A stretch of DNA of 63,931 nucleotides, filler included, from Octopus bimaculoides (GCF_001194135.2; 6 parts of 4 records of this genome joined end to end with filler, not necessarily neighbours in it); one strand, 5' to 3'; shown: positions 24,146 through 36,889, counted from the first letter of the whole stretch. The notes: generated by a model not told the origin, from the letters alone. Numbers and translations: made by a program.

Positions 24146-24689
24146 ACGCCAAAAACTTGAAATCAAAATATTATTTTAGTTTATAAAACGTTCCAAATCA
24201 TTTCTAAAATATCTTATCTTTCATAGTTTTCCTCTTCTGCTTCTTTCTTCGTCATTGTATTTCTTCCATTCTCTTATTTCTCATTAAGAATGTAGAAAAC
24301 TGCAGATTCACATATATTGATTATGTCTTCTTATTTGTCGTTTCCTCTTTCCCGCCTTCTTCAGATCTAAACACACACATATACACACATACACACACGC
24401 ATGCATGCAACACACACACACACACATACACACACGCACGCACACAAACAAGCACATAGAGATGTATCTGCAGACGTGAATAAATGTATGGATGCGCATA
24501 TATATATATATATATATATGCATGGGTGTGTGTGCATGCATGTATACATACACACACTCACATATACAGAGGGAGCGATAAATAGATTAGATAAAGATAG
24601 TTCAATACACCTATATGCACAGACTTACATACATATACCCTTCTCAAATGTATATATATATATATATATATAATTCAATCTCACTTCTT

Positions 24690-25020
24690 AATAGCATTAT
24701 CTCTCTCTCTCTCTCTCTCTCTTTCTCTCACTCTCCCTCTTTCTTTCTCTCTCGCGCGCTCTCTCTCTCCATTTATCTGCTGTTCTTTATCTTCTTCCAC
24801 TTCTCCGTCTGCTAATTTCCCTATTTTCCTCTTTTTACCTTCATCTTACTTCATTTTTTTTTTCTTTTACCTTCTTCTGAATCTTTTCCTTTACTCTCTT
24901 ACTTTTTCTGATTTTTTTCTCCCTTCTTCTGTATTCCAATCCTTCTGTTTCCTTTCTATCTTTCCCTTCTCTTTCCCTTAATATCTCTCCATTTCTTGCC
25001 TCTCTATCACTCTCCGTATT
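24690..25020. repeat. (CT)n and long polypyrimidine tract
   Basis: Directly visible. Confidence 0.85.
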
Positions 25021-25754
25021 TATACTGGCAAACCGAACTCATTTCTATATATATTTTTTTTACTACTAATATTTCCACTATTATTTTTACTTCATACTTT
25101 AATAGGTAAGTGTTCTCAAGGCTACAGCAACAAAATTTCCTTTCCCTTCATTTACCTTCCACCTCTCTTCCAATCCCACCATTTCCCATCGCTCCTATAA
25201 TTATTTCCGGTTAGATTTCTGGTTACAGTTCCTTTTAACTTCTATGAAAACCACAATTCACTGGATTTGGAATTAATTAATAAAAAAAAATTTAAAACCA
25301 CATCAGCAAAATAAGATAAAAACACGAGAAATAAACAATCCAGTTCTTATAATTAAACACTGAACCAATGCGAAATTCGTGGTTATATAATGAGACTTTA
25401 TAGTTCTGTTTTATTCAATTCAATAAAGAAATAAGAATAAAAATGAAAAGGAATTTTGCAGAAAATAGCTCCATCGTTTTACATAGAATTAATTACGTAT
25501 ATTATTTCACTTCTTATCAAAATATGAACAGAGAAAAGCAGGGAGGGGAGCAACGTTTGATAAATATGTAGTAAAATAAAATGACTCTAAATATATTTTC
25601 TTTTAGAATAATAATTATGACTGGAAAGGAACATGTTTAACAAAAGATTTACTACAAATTATGAATATTTATGAAATAAAAATATACAATCGGGTTTGTG
25701 AAATTTTGTTTATCTTCAAAGAGATTGATTTGTTATTGAATCCATTTACTGTGT

Positions 25755-26340
25755 TTCTTAACCTGGGTCCATATGACCCTCGGGGGTCCATATGCAATTT
25801 TTTCTGGGGTCTATACACGAAAAATAGTAAATTGGGGGCCCACGATAGTATTTTAATCCATATATGCCCATACAAAAATGAAGTCTGAAATTTTCCCTGT
25901 GTTTAGATTAAGTGTTATTTATGGTAAGCTTTCACAATCTGGAGGAGAAGGACAGCGTGCAACTGTTAGCTACGGGTGTCGACTACCTACTGAACATTTC
26001 GCATGCTGAGTCAGATGCTTCCCGGCGAGATCATGTCCAAAGAAGTACGAGCAGGTTTTGCGTATCGAAAAAGGAACCAGGGGTATATATGGGTTTTAAG
26101 TGTCCAGGAAATGATCTTGCTTTAGATGTATTTATTGTGGGAAACAGCTAAGTCTCTTTCTCTAATGCTTGACATAGTTCAATGTTTCTTGCAAATTTAC
26201 ACAAGTCAATGAGTAATATAGGAAATAGGAAATTTGATAGAAGTTTGCATAAATCTAGTTTTAAACATAAAATGCCTATGGGAGTCCACCACAAAATAAT
26301 TATCAAAGGTGTCCATAGGTTAAAAAAATGGTTGAGGGAG
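25755..26340. mobile_element. Degenerate hAT (Charlie-like) non-autonomous element
   Basis: Left end TACTGTGTTTCTTAACCTGGGTCCAT, right end GGTGTCCATAGG...AAAAAATGGTTGAG resemble CAGTGGTT(C/T)TCAACC-type TIRs; no TSD recognised. Confidence 0.4.
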
Positions 26341-26369
26341 GGGCAGATTATTATCCAAAGGTGTTGCTA

Positions 26370-26555
26370 AACAAATAGGTGAAAACATGGCTGTATGATG
26401 AAATAATTTGCTTCGCAACCAAGTAGTTTAGATTTCGATTTCAGCTCTAGTGCGATGCAACTTGACCGAGTGTATGCTCTCACAGTCCCCGAGCCGAACT
26501 GTTGAGTGTGAGTTGAGTTAACTGACAGAAAACTGCAAGGAAGTCCGTTGCACAT
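26370..26555 (+). mobile_element. SINE family A 5' fragment, diverged
   Basis: CATGGCTGTATG...TTGCTTCGCAACCAAGTAGTTTAGATTTCGATTTC...TTGTGAG-like and GGAAG motifs. Confidence 0.55.
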
Positions 26556-26840
26556 ATGAAGACCGAAAATGACCGCGAAATATCTCTATCTGTCAATGTC
26601 TTTCACTTCCGTGTCTCTATACTTTCGCTTAGTTTTGAGGATGCTGGGTTTTTAAACGCAATACGTCTTTTAAAAGGTCTACTCTGGCTGAAGTACGGCA
26701 GTTCTACAGCGTTTAACAACGCACATACATTAAGTACGTTACATTATTAATGTTTACACTATCTAAACTTATTCGAACACAAATTCTAATTTTGTTATCA
26801 TTGTGCAACGCATTTGCACTCAACTAACAGCCTCTACAGC

Positions 26841-26875
<35 letters not shown>

Positions 26876-26948
26876 TATATATGAAAGCTGTAGAGGCTGT
26901 TAGTNNNNNNNNNNNNNNNNNNNNNNNNNNNNNNNNNNNNNNNNNNNN

Positions 26949-26960
26949 TTAATTAATTAA
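26949..26960. other. Artificial contig-join linker TTAATTAATTAA in a 100-bp gap
   Basis: 44 N + 12-mer with stop codons in all six frames + 44 N; identical geometry five times. Confidence 0.9.
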
Positions 26961-27004
26961 NNNNNNNNNNNNNNNNNNNNNNNNNNNNNNNNNNNNNNNN
27001 NNNN

Positions 27005-27069
<65 letters not shown>

Positions 27070-27078
<9 letters not shown>

Positions 27079-27245
27079 CATATACATATACGGCGGGATT
27101 CTTTCCGTTTCCTTCTACCATATCTACTCACAATGCTTTGGTCACAATACTATAGTAGAAGACACTTGCCCAGTGTTATGTAATGTGACTGAACCCGGAA
27201 GCATGTGGTTAGGAAGCAAGCTTCTTACCACACAGAGTGCGCCAA
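27070..27245 (-). mobile_element. SINE family A 5' half
   Basis: TATAGTAGAAGACACTTGCCCAG...GACTGAACCCGGAAGCATGTGGTT...CTTACCACACAG. Confidence 0.85.
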
Positions 27246-27539
27246 AATATTTACGCCAAAACTTCATTACAAATATAAAGAAAAACAAAAACAAAAACAA
27301 AATTCATGGGACAACTCTGGTATTGTGCAATTTGGGGGTCTCAGAATGGATGGCTACGTAGAAGCACTATCATAGGCTCGTTAAAGATGTGGTTGTGGTA
27401 TATTTCAGGAATTTGTGTTTCGTTGCAAAGCGGCCATGTTAATCTTTGCTTTTTGTTATTTTTTTGTTATTTGTTTTTATTTGTGGGGATCCTTATTTAT
27501 ACTGCCAAGACGTCTGGTGGTAGGGACATCTTTTAAGCA

Positions 27540-28380
27540 TTGAAAATGATAGCGATAGTAGCGGTGTTGTTGGTGGTGGTGGTGATAGTGGTGATGGTAG
27601 TGATGGTGGACCTACAGTTGCATGTTACAAAAATAGGAAAATGGCGGCGATGTTGGTAGTGGAGTTAGCAGTGATAGTTGTTATGGTTACGGCTTATGGA
27701 AATGTTGATAATAATGATTATGACGATGATCATGATGACCGTGGTGGNNNNNNNNNNTGGTGGTGGTGGTGGTGGCGGTGGTGACGTTGACGTTAGCAGC
27801 AGGGGCAACAGTAGGGGTAGCAGAAGCAACAGCAGCAGTAGTAGTAATAGTAGTAGTAGTAGTAGTAATTGCGGCAACAGCAGCATCAACAGCAACAACT
27901 CAGTAGTAGTAGTAGTAGGAGGAGGAGGAGGAATTTTTGGTGTTATTGTTGTTACAGTGATGGTGGCGTTTCTGTTTTATCGATGGATGTAATAATTCCT
28001 TATCTCAAACCACTAATGTACACTACAGAGTTTCTATTTCCACTGCTCATATTATTATTGCCGCTGAATTTGATGATGATGATGATGATGATGATGTGAT
28101 TGTGGTGGTGGTGGTGGTGGTGGTGGTGGTGATAGTGGCATTGCTGTTGTTGTTGTTGTTGTTGCTGTCGTAGTTGGAAAGAAACAATCAACATTTATCC
28201 ATCTGATCAAAGACGGTGTCTGGTTGTAAACAACCATTGTTTATCAACATAAACAACAGCTGTACACTATAACAAACCGGCGACACTGTTTACTTACATA
28301 ACTTAATAATAATAACAACAATAATAACAATAACAATAATAATAATAATAATAATAATTATAATGATAATGATAATAATG
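27540..28380. repeat. Mixed trinucleotide low-complexity region (GGT/GAT/AGT/AAT)
   Basis: Directly visible. Confidence 0.85.
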
Positions 28381-28592
28381 GTTTCAAATTTTGGCATAAG
28401 GACAGCAATTTGCAGAGTTGGGGTAAGTCGATTGCATTGACCCTAGTGTTCAAATGGTACTTATTTTACCGATCTCGAAAAGATGAAAGGAAAAGTCGAC
28501 TTCGGCGGAATTTGAACTCAAAATGTGAAGACGGACGAAATGCTGCTGAGCGCTCTGCCCGGCGTGCTAACGATTCTGCCAGCTCGCTGTCC
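28380..28592 (-). mobile_element. SINE family B flanked by (AAT)n on both sides
   Basis: GTTTCAAATTTTGGCATAAGG...GTCGACTTCGGCGGAATTTGAACTC...GATTCTGCCAGCTCGC. Confidence 0.9.
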
Positions 28593-28683
<91 letters not shown>

Positions 28684-28849
28684 CAACAACAACAACAAAC
28701 GCAATAATAATAACAACAACAATAGCAACAACAATAATAATCGTTTCTTTATTAACCACAAAAAGGTTTGTAAAGGGTCTACAGGACAGAATAATATAGG
28801 ATTTCATGAAAGAGCATATAAACAGAAAAATAACAATAATAATTTTAAC

Positions 28850-30590
28850 AATGAAGAATCCCCCACCCCCAAACTGAGAGACTACCGAGGGCTACTCGTG
28901 GAAATCCTGCGTAAACCATGGTTGAACTAATCACTAGGGAAAGTGTCCTCTCCACGACGCCTTCATTCAATCTACATGCGTATGCTTAGAGTAGACCCGT
29001 TCACACGAACCACCCTTGCCACATTCACCCATCTTTCAACGAATTCGCTAGAAGGAAGAATTTCCTTCTCCGTTCTCTCTTTCATTTTCAAATGAAACTT
29101 GAAAATGTTAACGAAGATTTGGCTTAAAAGAAAGGAGTCTGTCTTCAGCCCTTTCAATCTAGTCCACCATACAACCTTATTTGCTAAGACCATTAGACAG
29201 ATAAAGAAAACTGCCTGTCCTTCCAAGCCAGAGTAAGGCGGAAGGACAATGGAATCAGTCAATGACCAGATCCATCCTACACGTGGCAGCAGTTGTTCGA
29301 CATAAACCCACAAGTTAGCAATATTTAGGCGCTGGCCAAGTATATGTACAAGAGTTTCGTTGCTCTGCGCGCATCTCGGACCCAGTTGACAAAATGTCTG
29401 TGACTGGAAAGGTTATCTGGAACCAGCAATGTCCTCTTGCCCCCGGTAGCGCTGTCAAGCCAAAGATTTCTCAAAATTATCTATGGACCCCAGCACGAAA
29501 GTTCTCTGAAACAGTCCCGCTAGTAAGTTTTGTCGACGCCCAGAGTTTTCCCGAGAGTGTCGTCGTTTTGTCCACCACTAACCCTCTATAGCAAGAATGT
29601 TGTCGTTCTTATCCGTCACTAATCCTGTAGAGAAAGCCATGGAGAAACTTCCATCTACTGCGTTTCCCAATTGGCAGACTGACGTGAGTACTCAAAAACT
29701 TTCGAGATTCCAAGCGCACTGCCTTGGCCTGCGCTTAATCCAAGACTGCAACTGTGGAAACACATATCTGACAATCGGCAACTGTTTATCAGCAAGGAAT
29801 TACTGGAGATGTCGAAGCTTATGCACATGTCTGTCCATCATCAGCCATGGTATGCCCAGTTCCTTACGTAGAAGGTGTTGACAGCGAATGCTGCACTGGC
29901 TAGTGGGGCGCATCCTTTCTACAGAAAATTGAAGCAAAGACGTTCCCGGCCAGTCAGTCAGACGTGAACTGGGGCAAGGTACAATGGTCGGGCGATCATA
30001 TATAACAGAGGCGATGTATGCGTTCGCCATCTCTATCTGACTTTTTAGGGATAGCTTTCTCTCAGCCTATTTCTGGGTGGGATTGGCTACTCAGCTGGTC
30101 ACTTTATTCCAGTTCTCCTCCACTTGGAGGCCTATACCAAATCAAACCCAGAGTAATTTAAGTGGTTCGACCGTCCAGCATCCCATGACGCCGTTGGATG
30201 CTATGAGCCGCCTCTCCAAGTGCAAAGCTGGTTGATCGCTAGAGCACAGCCAGTCTAGTCGCCTTACTCTTGGTGACCAACACTACCACAGTGGTATTGT
30301 CTGCATATACCAACTCTGTTCTTCCGCATCCTAGTTCACTCGGGACGCCCCACCCCAAGTCCCCAGTTTCCGTAGTATTGACTGAAGTGTCAGTACATAA
30401 AGAAGAGACGAGGGTGAGGACAACTTTGACGAACCGAGTTATGATGCTGAATGGCTCCTTATAGGTGACCATTCACTCTAACAATTGCGCAGATGTCGTT
30501 GTCTATTGCGGTAATTCAACCACAAAATTCGGGACCGAAACCGGATGCTGCGCTGACAGCCTGTATGTATTCGTGTTCGACCTATCGATC
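28850..30590 (-). mobile_element. 5'-truncated, decayed L1/Tx1-clade LINE (RT core to C-terminus of ORF2)
   Basis: Broken frames give DRVEHEYIQAVSAASGFGP...IVRVNGHL...SVRQSCP, ELVYADNTTVVV (YADD-like), KLSLKSQIEMANAYIASVIY...ELGIPWLMM, EFVERWVNVARVVRVNG; many stops and frameshifts. Confidence 0.85.
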
Positions 30591-30591
30591 C

Positions 30592-31183
30592 TCCTAAAGT
30601 TCCAAGTGTTATGGTTTTAGGAGTTGTCAGTAATGAAGGACATATGATTCCTCCTTACTTCTTTCCACAAGGCTTTAGATTTAAATCTGCCGCTTACATT
30701 GAGATCCTAGAAATAATTGTTGAACCCAGGATAGACAGTGTATGCAATGGAAGGTTATATGTGATTCAGTAAGACTCTGCACTATCACACATGGCTCTAG
30801 TAACACAGGAATGAATAGCTGATTTTTTTCATGATCACATAACCCCTAACATTTGGCCTCCTAATTCCCCAGATCTCAGTCCATCGGACTATTACATGCG
30901 GAGCTTTGTTGAGAGAGAGGTCAATGATCATGCCCATAACACCAAAGCTGCCATAGTCAGAGTAATGTCCAAAATGAACCAGGACCACTTGATTCGAGTA
31001 TGGAGATGATTTAGATCTCATATAGAAGCAGTTGTTGAAGCTGAAGGTGGCTTTATTGAATAACATTATAGAAAATGTTTATTTTTATCCTCAGCATTTT
31101 TTGACAAATAAAGTTATCATCTGTTATTATATGTCTGTCTTTTTATAAACATAAATCTGTCCTCAAATATCTTACGCACCCTG
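30592..31183 (+). mobile_element. 3' half of a maT/DD37D Tc1-mariner superfamily transposon
   Basis: SVMVLGVVSNEGHMIPPYFF...Q*DSALSH...IWPPNSPDLSPSDYY...IEAVVEAEGGFIE* (37 residues between 2nd and 3rd D); terminus ...CGCACCCTG|TA. Confidence 0.9.
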
Positions 31184-31299
31184 TATGTATGTATGTATGT
31201 ATGTATGTATGCATGCATTTATGTGTATGTATGTATGTATGTATGTATGTATGTATGCATGTATGTATGTATGTATGTATGTATGTATGTATGTATGTA

Positions 31300-31700
31300 T
31301 GTGGTAAGTAGTTTGCTTATCAACCACATGGTTCCGGGTTCATTCTTACTGCCTGGCACCTTGGGCAAGTGTCTTCTACTATAGCCTCGGGCCGACCAAA
31401 GCCTTGTGAGTGGATTTGGTAGACGGAAACTGAAAGAAGACCGTCGTATATATGTGTATATATGTATGTATGTGTGTGTATATGTTTGTGTGTCTGTGTT
31501 TGTCCCACCAACATCGCTCGACAACCGATGGTGGTGTGTTTACGTCCCCGTAATCTAGCAGTTCGGCAAAAAAGACCGATAGAATAAGTACTTGGCTTAC
31601 AAAGAATAAGTCTTGGGATCGATTTACTCGACTAAAAGGCGGTGCTCCAGCATGGCCGCGGTGAAATGATTGAAACAGGTAAAAGAGTAAAAGAGAGAGT
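31300..31700 (+). mobile_element. SINE family A, near-full copy
   Basis: GTGTGGTAAGTAGTTTGCTTATCAACCACATGGTTCCGGGTTCA...CCAGCATGGCCGCGGTGAAATGATTGAAACAGGTAAAAGAGTAAAAGAG. Confidence 0.9.
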
Positions 31701-31763
31701 ATATATCCTCTCATATGTAAATAACTTTATCCGTATATAGATTTATATATAACGTGCGTGCGC

Positions 31764-31824
<61 letters not shown>

Positions 31825-31879
31825 ATTTACATCTTGTTATATTAAGTTGTGCCTACTTACGTCTCGCTATGGCCATTTA

Positions 31880-32640
31880 TATCTCGTCTGCGTCCAGTTC
31901 CATCCACTTATGTCTGGTCATATGTAGTTATCTGGCTTAGTCTTGTTTTATCCAGTTACATCGACTAATATTTACTGATATCCAGCAGTATCCAGCTAAA
32001 TCTGGCTATGTCCAGTTGAAAGGAAAATAGAATCCGAAGCAAACCAATAAATAAGTTTCGAGTGCCGTGACTTGAGGTGTATTGGACAGGATCACCATGT
32101 TTGGATCATCACAATTCACATCTAATCCCTGCTTGTTATTATTATTTTTTTTTGCCGATTGTACCTTCATTTAAATCTGGTTAACTGAAATAATGTCCAC
32201 CTATGTCGAGCTATCTCGATTTATATCTAGTTAGCATTATTTCTATCTGGTTATACCTTGTTCTTTCCAGTTACGCTTCGTTATTTCCAGTTACATGTAT
32301 CTCCATTCACGTCCGCCTATCTCAAATTCTTTCCACTTATATCTACTTACCTCCCTTAATATTCTAGTTATCTTCAGTTATATTTAGCTGTCTCCTGCTA
32401 TATTCAGTTATTTTCGGTTATACCCAGTTACATCTAATTCGGTTTGGTTTTCTTCAATTATACCTATGTATATATGGTTAAGTCAAGTTATGTGTAGTTA
32501 CCTCTGGTTATGTTCAATTATGCTCGGTTATGTCTGGTTATGTTTAGTAATGTGCAATTATACCAGTTATGCCCAGTTATATCCTGTTATATTTAGTTAT
32601 ATCCAGTTATCCTGCTATATCCACTTATTTTTGTTTATTT
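31880..32640. repeat. Degenerate ~10-bp tandem repeat (consensus near TATATCCAGT)
   Basis: Recurrent TCCAGTTA/TCTAGTTA/TCTGGTTA motifs about every 10 bp, interrupted at about 32015-32170. Confidence 0.75.
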
Positions 32641-32992
32641 AGACTCGAAATTGTTTCGATGCGATGGCGAATTTCTACTAAATATTTCAACGTAGAAGGA
32701 AAGGCGTTGTAAAAATAAGCCTTTAATTTAATGAAACAAACTTAATGCTATTTTACAATCTTGTTTTTCATTGCAACAGTCGTTTTCACACTCGTCTGAT
32801 AAGGGAATCACGCTAAATGAGCCAAAACCCCAGCAGCTACGACTCTCATTGATTCTAACAACATATAGCAATTATTCAAAGCGTAACACTCGTTTTGCAG
32901 ATGTATTTAGTCAGTCAAAGAATATATAATAAGATGGAATTGCTCTATTGATTTGTTCTGTCGATAACAATTACAAAATGTTTTTCTCTGCA

Positions 32993-33135
32993 TTGGCACA
33001 AGGCCACAAACTAGTTGCAGAGAATTGTAGAGAACTGCGTCACTCTCCAGTATATACCTGGTACTTGTATCAATCGTTAAGAAATACGAAGTAAAAGACA
33101 AGAAGAACAATTCAAAGATTTGAACTCTAAAAGGA
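32993..33135 (-). mobile_element. SINE family B, highly degenerate
   Basis: TTGGCACAAGGCC...CTGGTACTT...ATTTGAACTC anchors only. Confidence 0.45.
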
Positions 33136-33847
33136 AAAGTCAGTAAGATTAGTCGAGCATTATCCCGTTTCTGTAACCCCATCGCTTTAATAAAAGCGAT
33201 TTCTTACATCAGAATACATCAGAATCAGGTCCCAAATCAGCTGTGGTGATCTATATTAAACACAATCGATATCAATATATAGTCTAATGTTTATTTCGTA
33301 TTTTATTTTTCGTGAATTTCATACCAAGCTGATATAATTCCTCGGAGGAATTCGCAAAGGTTTGTTTGTCGATCCGATGGGATAAAAACTGACTTGTTTG
33401 GTTGATGGTTGGAGAAATTAAAAGCAAAGAATCAACGGTAACATTTGAACTGGCAACGCAAAAGACATGTAAGAATTATTCCAGCTTTCCTTCCTTTTCA
33501 GCGAGTGTGTCATAAGAAGAACGATAATTTCTAAGAATGACACACGGCATCACATTTTGGACAATGAAACAACAAGTAGAACAATTGCAGTAGTAACCAT
33601 GGCATTATGAAATTCCACAACAACAACGAAAACAACAAGAAGAATAACGATTGACGCCATGATGAAAGATTTAATATGTTGCAAGCTTATTGTATAAAAT
33701 TGATACAACCTGTAACAAACACGAAAAAAGATTTGCTTTTATGATACATACACATTCAGACACACACAGACGAACACGTACACGCATACGCATGTAGACA
33801 AACATACATATATACATAAATACATACATACATACAANNNNNNNNNN

Positions 33848-33883
<36 letters not shown>

Positions 33884-34114
33884 CAAGCGCACAAGCACAC
33901 AAGCACACACATCGTACACACTCATATATGCATATATAAATACATTTATACAATCGCACATACATATGTACACATGCATACATACATATATACATAAATA
34001 CATACATACATACAAAAATACATACATGCATATATACATACAAAGATAATACAAATACTAAAATAATGGTAGTAGGCGGATATAATTTTAATGTAGCATT
34101 TATTACAAAAACAT

Positions 34115-35233
34115 TTATCACTCAATATAGCGGCTCTTTTGGGCAATTTCTGTCTTCAAACGAGAACGAAATTTTTTTGCAGCTGCCGCAACCTCCGTCT
34201 TGTTTCTTTTGAGTGTCATACGCACGATGCAGGTCGAGTGTGAAGCGTTGGCCCTTGCTTGAAATACGCCCCATTAAATGTAATCGAGAAGGTTGAGATC
34301 TGCGCTATTGCTGGGCCAGATGTTGGCCTTCACAAAAGATGGCACCTTCTCAACAAGGAAGGCCCGTGTTGCTTTGACCCATAGAATGGTGCAAAATCTT
34401 GGATAAGCACCACATTGTCAAGCCCAAATTTCTGCTCCATCCAAAACAACAGAGAGTTTTTTGGGATGTCCAGATACTCATTTGTGCCGATCTTCAAGCC
34501 AAACTCAATGAAGTGTGGAACCATGACACTTCCATCACTCGCCACGGCTCCAAATACCATCACAGAGGCAGGATTCTTAGTCTTAAACACAGGGTGGACG
34601 TCAGACGGGTTGCATGCAATAAGTTGAGAATTTCTACGATTTACAGTGAACTTCTTATCTACAAACACGAAAGCTTTTCCTGCACCTTGATGCTTGATGA
34701 ATGACTGATGTTTTGGACATCCCTCGGCTCTGATTGCTTTGGCTTTAGCTGTTAGGAGGTAACGGCGTCGTCAAACATAGTTAGCCATGCCAAGGTTCCT
34801 GTTCACAGCTCTGGACACTGTGGAAAGTGACACATTGCGTTTCTTTGCAAGAGTTGTCGTGGATGTGGATTGGTTGGCTTCAGTCGAGTGTTTAAGACCA
34901 GCGAGAAAGTTTGGATTGCGCTTGGAATCACTCCGAGTCTTGTGTTCATTTCTATCAACCATTCCCTCTTCTTTAAACACACGATGAACTGTTGCTTTTG
35001 GAAGTTTCGTCAACTTAGCAATTTTACTGGCAGTGTGGCCGGCGCGCGCCAGAACAACAATGGCGGAACGATTCTGTAGGTTCATGACTTTCTTTTGTCG
35101 AATCAGTTCGCTATTTACCTAAAAAAATAAAGTAGATTAGATTCTCAAGCAAGCAAGGTTTTGTCAAAAGTGAAATGTTAAACCCACTAAGTCAACTGCT
35201 TAAAATTGGTCTCAATGAATCTGTAAGACCCTG
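34115..35233 (-). mobile_element. Near-full decayed maT/DD37D transposon (transposase pseudogene)
   Basis: N-terminal HTH MNLQNRSAIVVLARAGHTASKIAKLTKLPKATVHRV; catalytic KNPASVMVFGAVASDG...QDFAP...IWPSNSADLNLLDY (DD37D after one frameshift); 5' terminus TA|CAGGGTCTTACAG; 3' TIR not found. Confidence 0.9.
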
Positions 35234-35597
35234 TACATACGTACGTACATACATATATACGTACATTCAGACAACTGCTTCCAAACTTATAGCTTTTAAA
35301 CGTAGATTAGAAATTCGCATTTATACCAATAATAATTGGTGCACTTGGATTTGTGAGTAAATGTCTAAGTGACACTCTGAATAAGCTAGAGTTTTCAGAA
35401 AAAGAAATCGACAAGCTTATTTGCACATTACGAATACAATCTGTTGACGGAAGACTAGAAATATGCAAGACTTCTCGAATTTGAAATGCAAATTTGCTTT
35501 TGTTATCTACATTCCAGCGATGGAGCTTTGTATATTTGTGAAAAACTAGCTCCTTCATTATAGGAAGATTTCAAATTATTATGCATACATGCATATA

Positions 35598-36133
35598 CAG
35601 GGTTATTAAAAAAAAATGAACCGATTTCATTACGCAATATTTTAATAAGGAAAAGCAATAGAAGCTCCTGCTAAGTCACAAGTATTAATTCACAATCAAT
35701 TTTTATTTGCTGTTTTACAAGTGTTCAATGTGGCCACCACCTGCAGCATGGGCAACATCAATGCGATAAGAGAATTCCTCCCAGATGCGTATCAGCACAT
35801 CACGATCCGCTGAGTTGATCGCTGTTGTTATTCGATGTTTAAGGTCATCGAGGTTAGTGGGCAGCGGTGAAACATAAACGCTATCTTTTACATATCCCCA
35901 CAAGAAAAAAACCACGCACTCAGTGGATCGTGATATGCTGATACGCGTCTGGGAGAAATTCTCTTATCGCATTGAGGTTGTCCGTGCTGCAGGTGGTGGC
36001 CACGTTGAACAGGAAGACAGGAAATAAAAGTTGATTGTGAGTAAATACTTGTGATTTAGCTGGAGTTTTCAATTGCTTTTCCATATCAAAATATTGCGTA
36101 ATGAAATCGGTTCATTCAGTTTGAATAACCCTG
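35598..36133. mobile_element. Fold-back non-autonomous Tc1-mariner derivative (C-terminus resembles rosa/DD41D transposases)
   Basis: TA|CAGGGTTATT...ATGAACCGATTTCATTACGCAATATTTT and its inverse ending AATAACCCTG|TA; arms 35598-35815 and 35918-36133; ORF FFLWGYVKDSVYV...GGGHIEHL* at 35715-35915(-). Confidence 0.9.
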
Positions 36134-36499
36134 TATACATACATACATACATACATACATACATACATGCATGCATACATACATACATACATGCATGCAT
36201 GCATACATACATACATATATACATACATATATACATACATGCATGCATACAGACATACATGCATGCATACATACATACATACACATACATATATACATAC
36301 ATACATTCATACATGCAGAAATATATCTTATAATGGAATCTGTACCAAGGATGATCAATCAAGTAATCTAACACAAGGTAAAGATAATAATAATGGTCCT
36401 GTGAAGATTCCGGATGCGATAAATCAATAACCTATAATGTGCTTACAGTACCAGAAATCATTCTGGATTTTCGATTGGACGCTGGAAGAGATCCGGGTT

Positions 36500-36640
36500 A
36501 TCGATGGCGTAGGTGTGGCTGTGTGGTAAGGGGTCAGCTTTCCAACAACACGCTTCCGGGTTCAGTCGTACTGCACGGGATCTTCGGTAAGCTTTGTGAG
36601 TAGATTTCGTAGACGACAGCTGAAAGAAGCCCTCCACACA
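36500..36640 (+). mobile_element. SINE family A 5' half
   Basis: GGTGTGGCTGTGTGGTAAG...CCGGGTTCAGTC...GTAGACGACAGCTGAAAGAAGCCC. Confidence 0.8.
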
Positions 36641-36686
36641 TATATATGTATATGTGCATGCGTATATACATACACACATACATACG

Positions 36687-36718
<32 letters not shown>

Positions 36719-36780
36719 CACACATATATATGTATGTATATTTATGTATATGTGTGTATATATATATGATATATATGTGT

Positions 36781-36834
<54 letters not shown>

Positions 36835-36840
36835 ATGTGT

Positions 36841-36879
<39 letters not shown>

Positions 36880-36889
36880 CACATATATG

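Noticed and set aside
26823-26904. Perfect 28-bp inverted repeat around (AT)n
   Set aside because: Ends exactly at a contig end; typical strand-flip assembly artefact across self-complementary (AT)n
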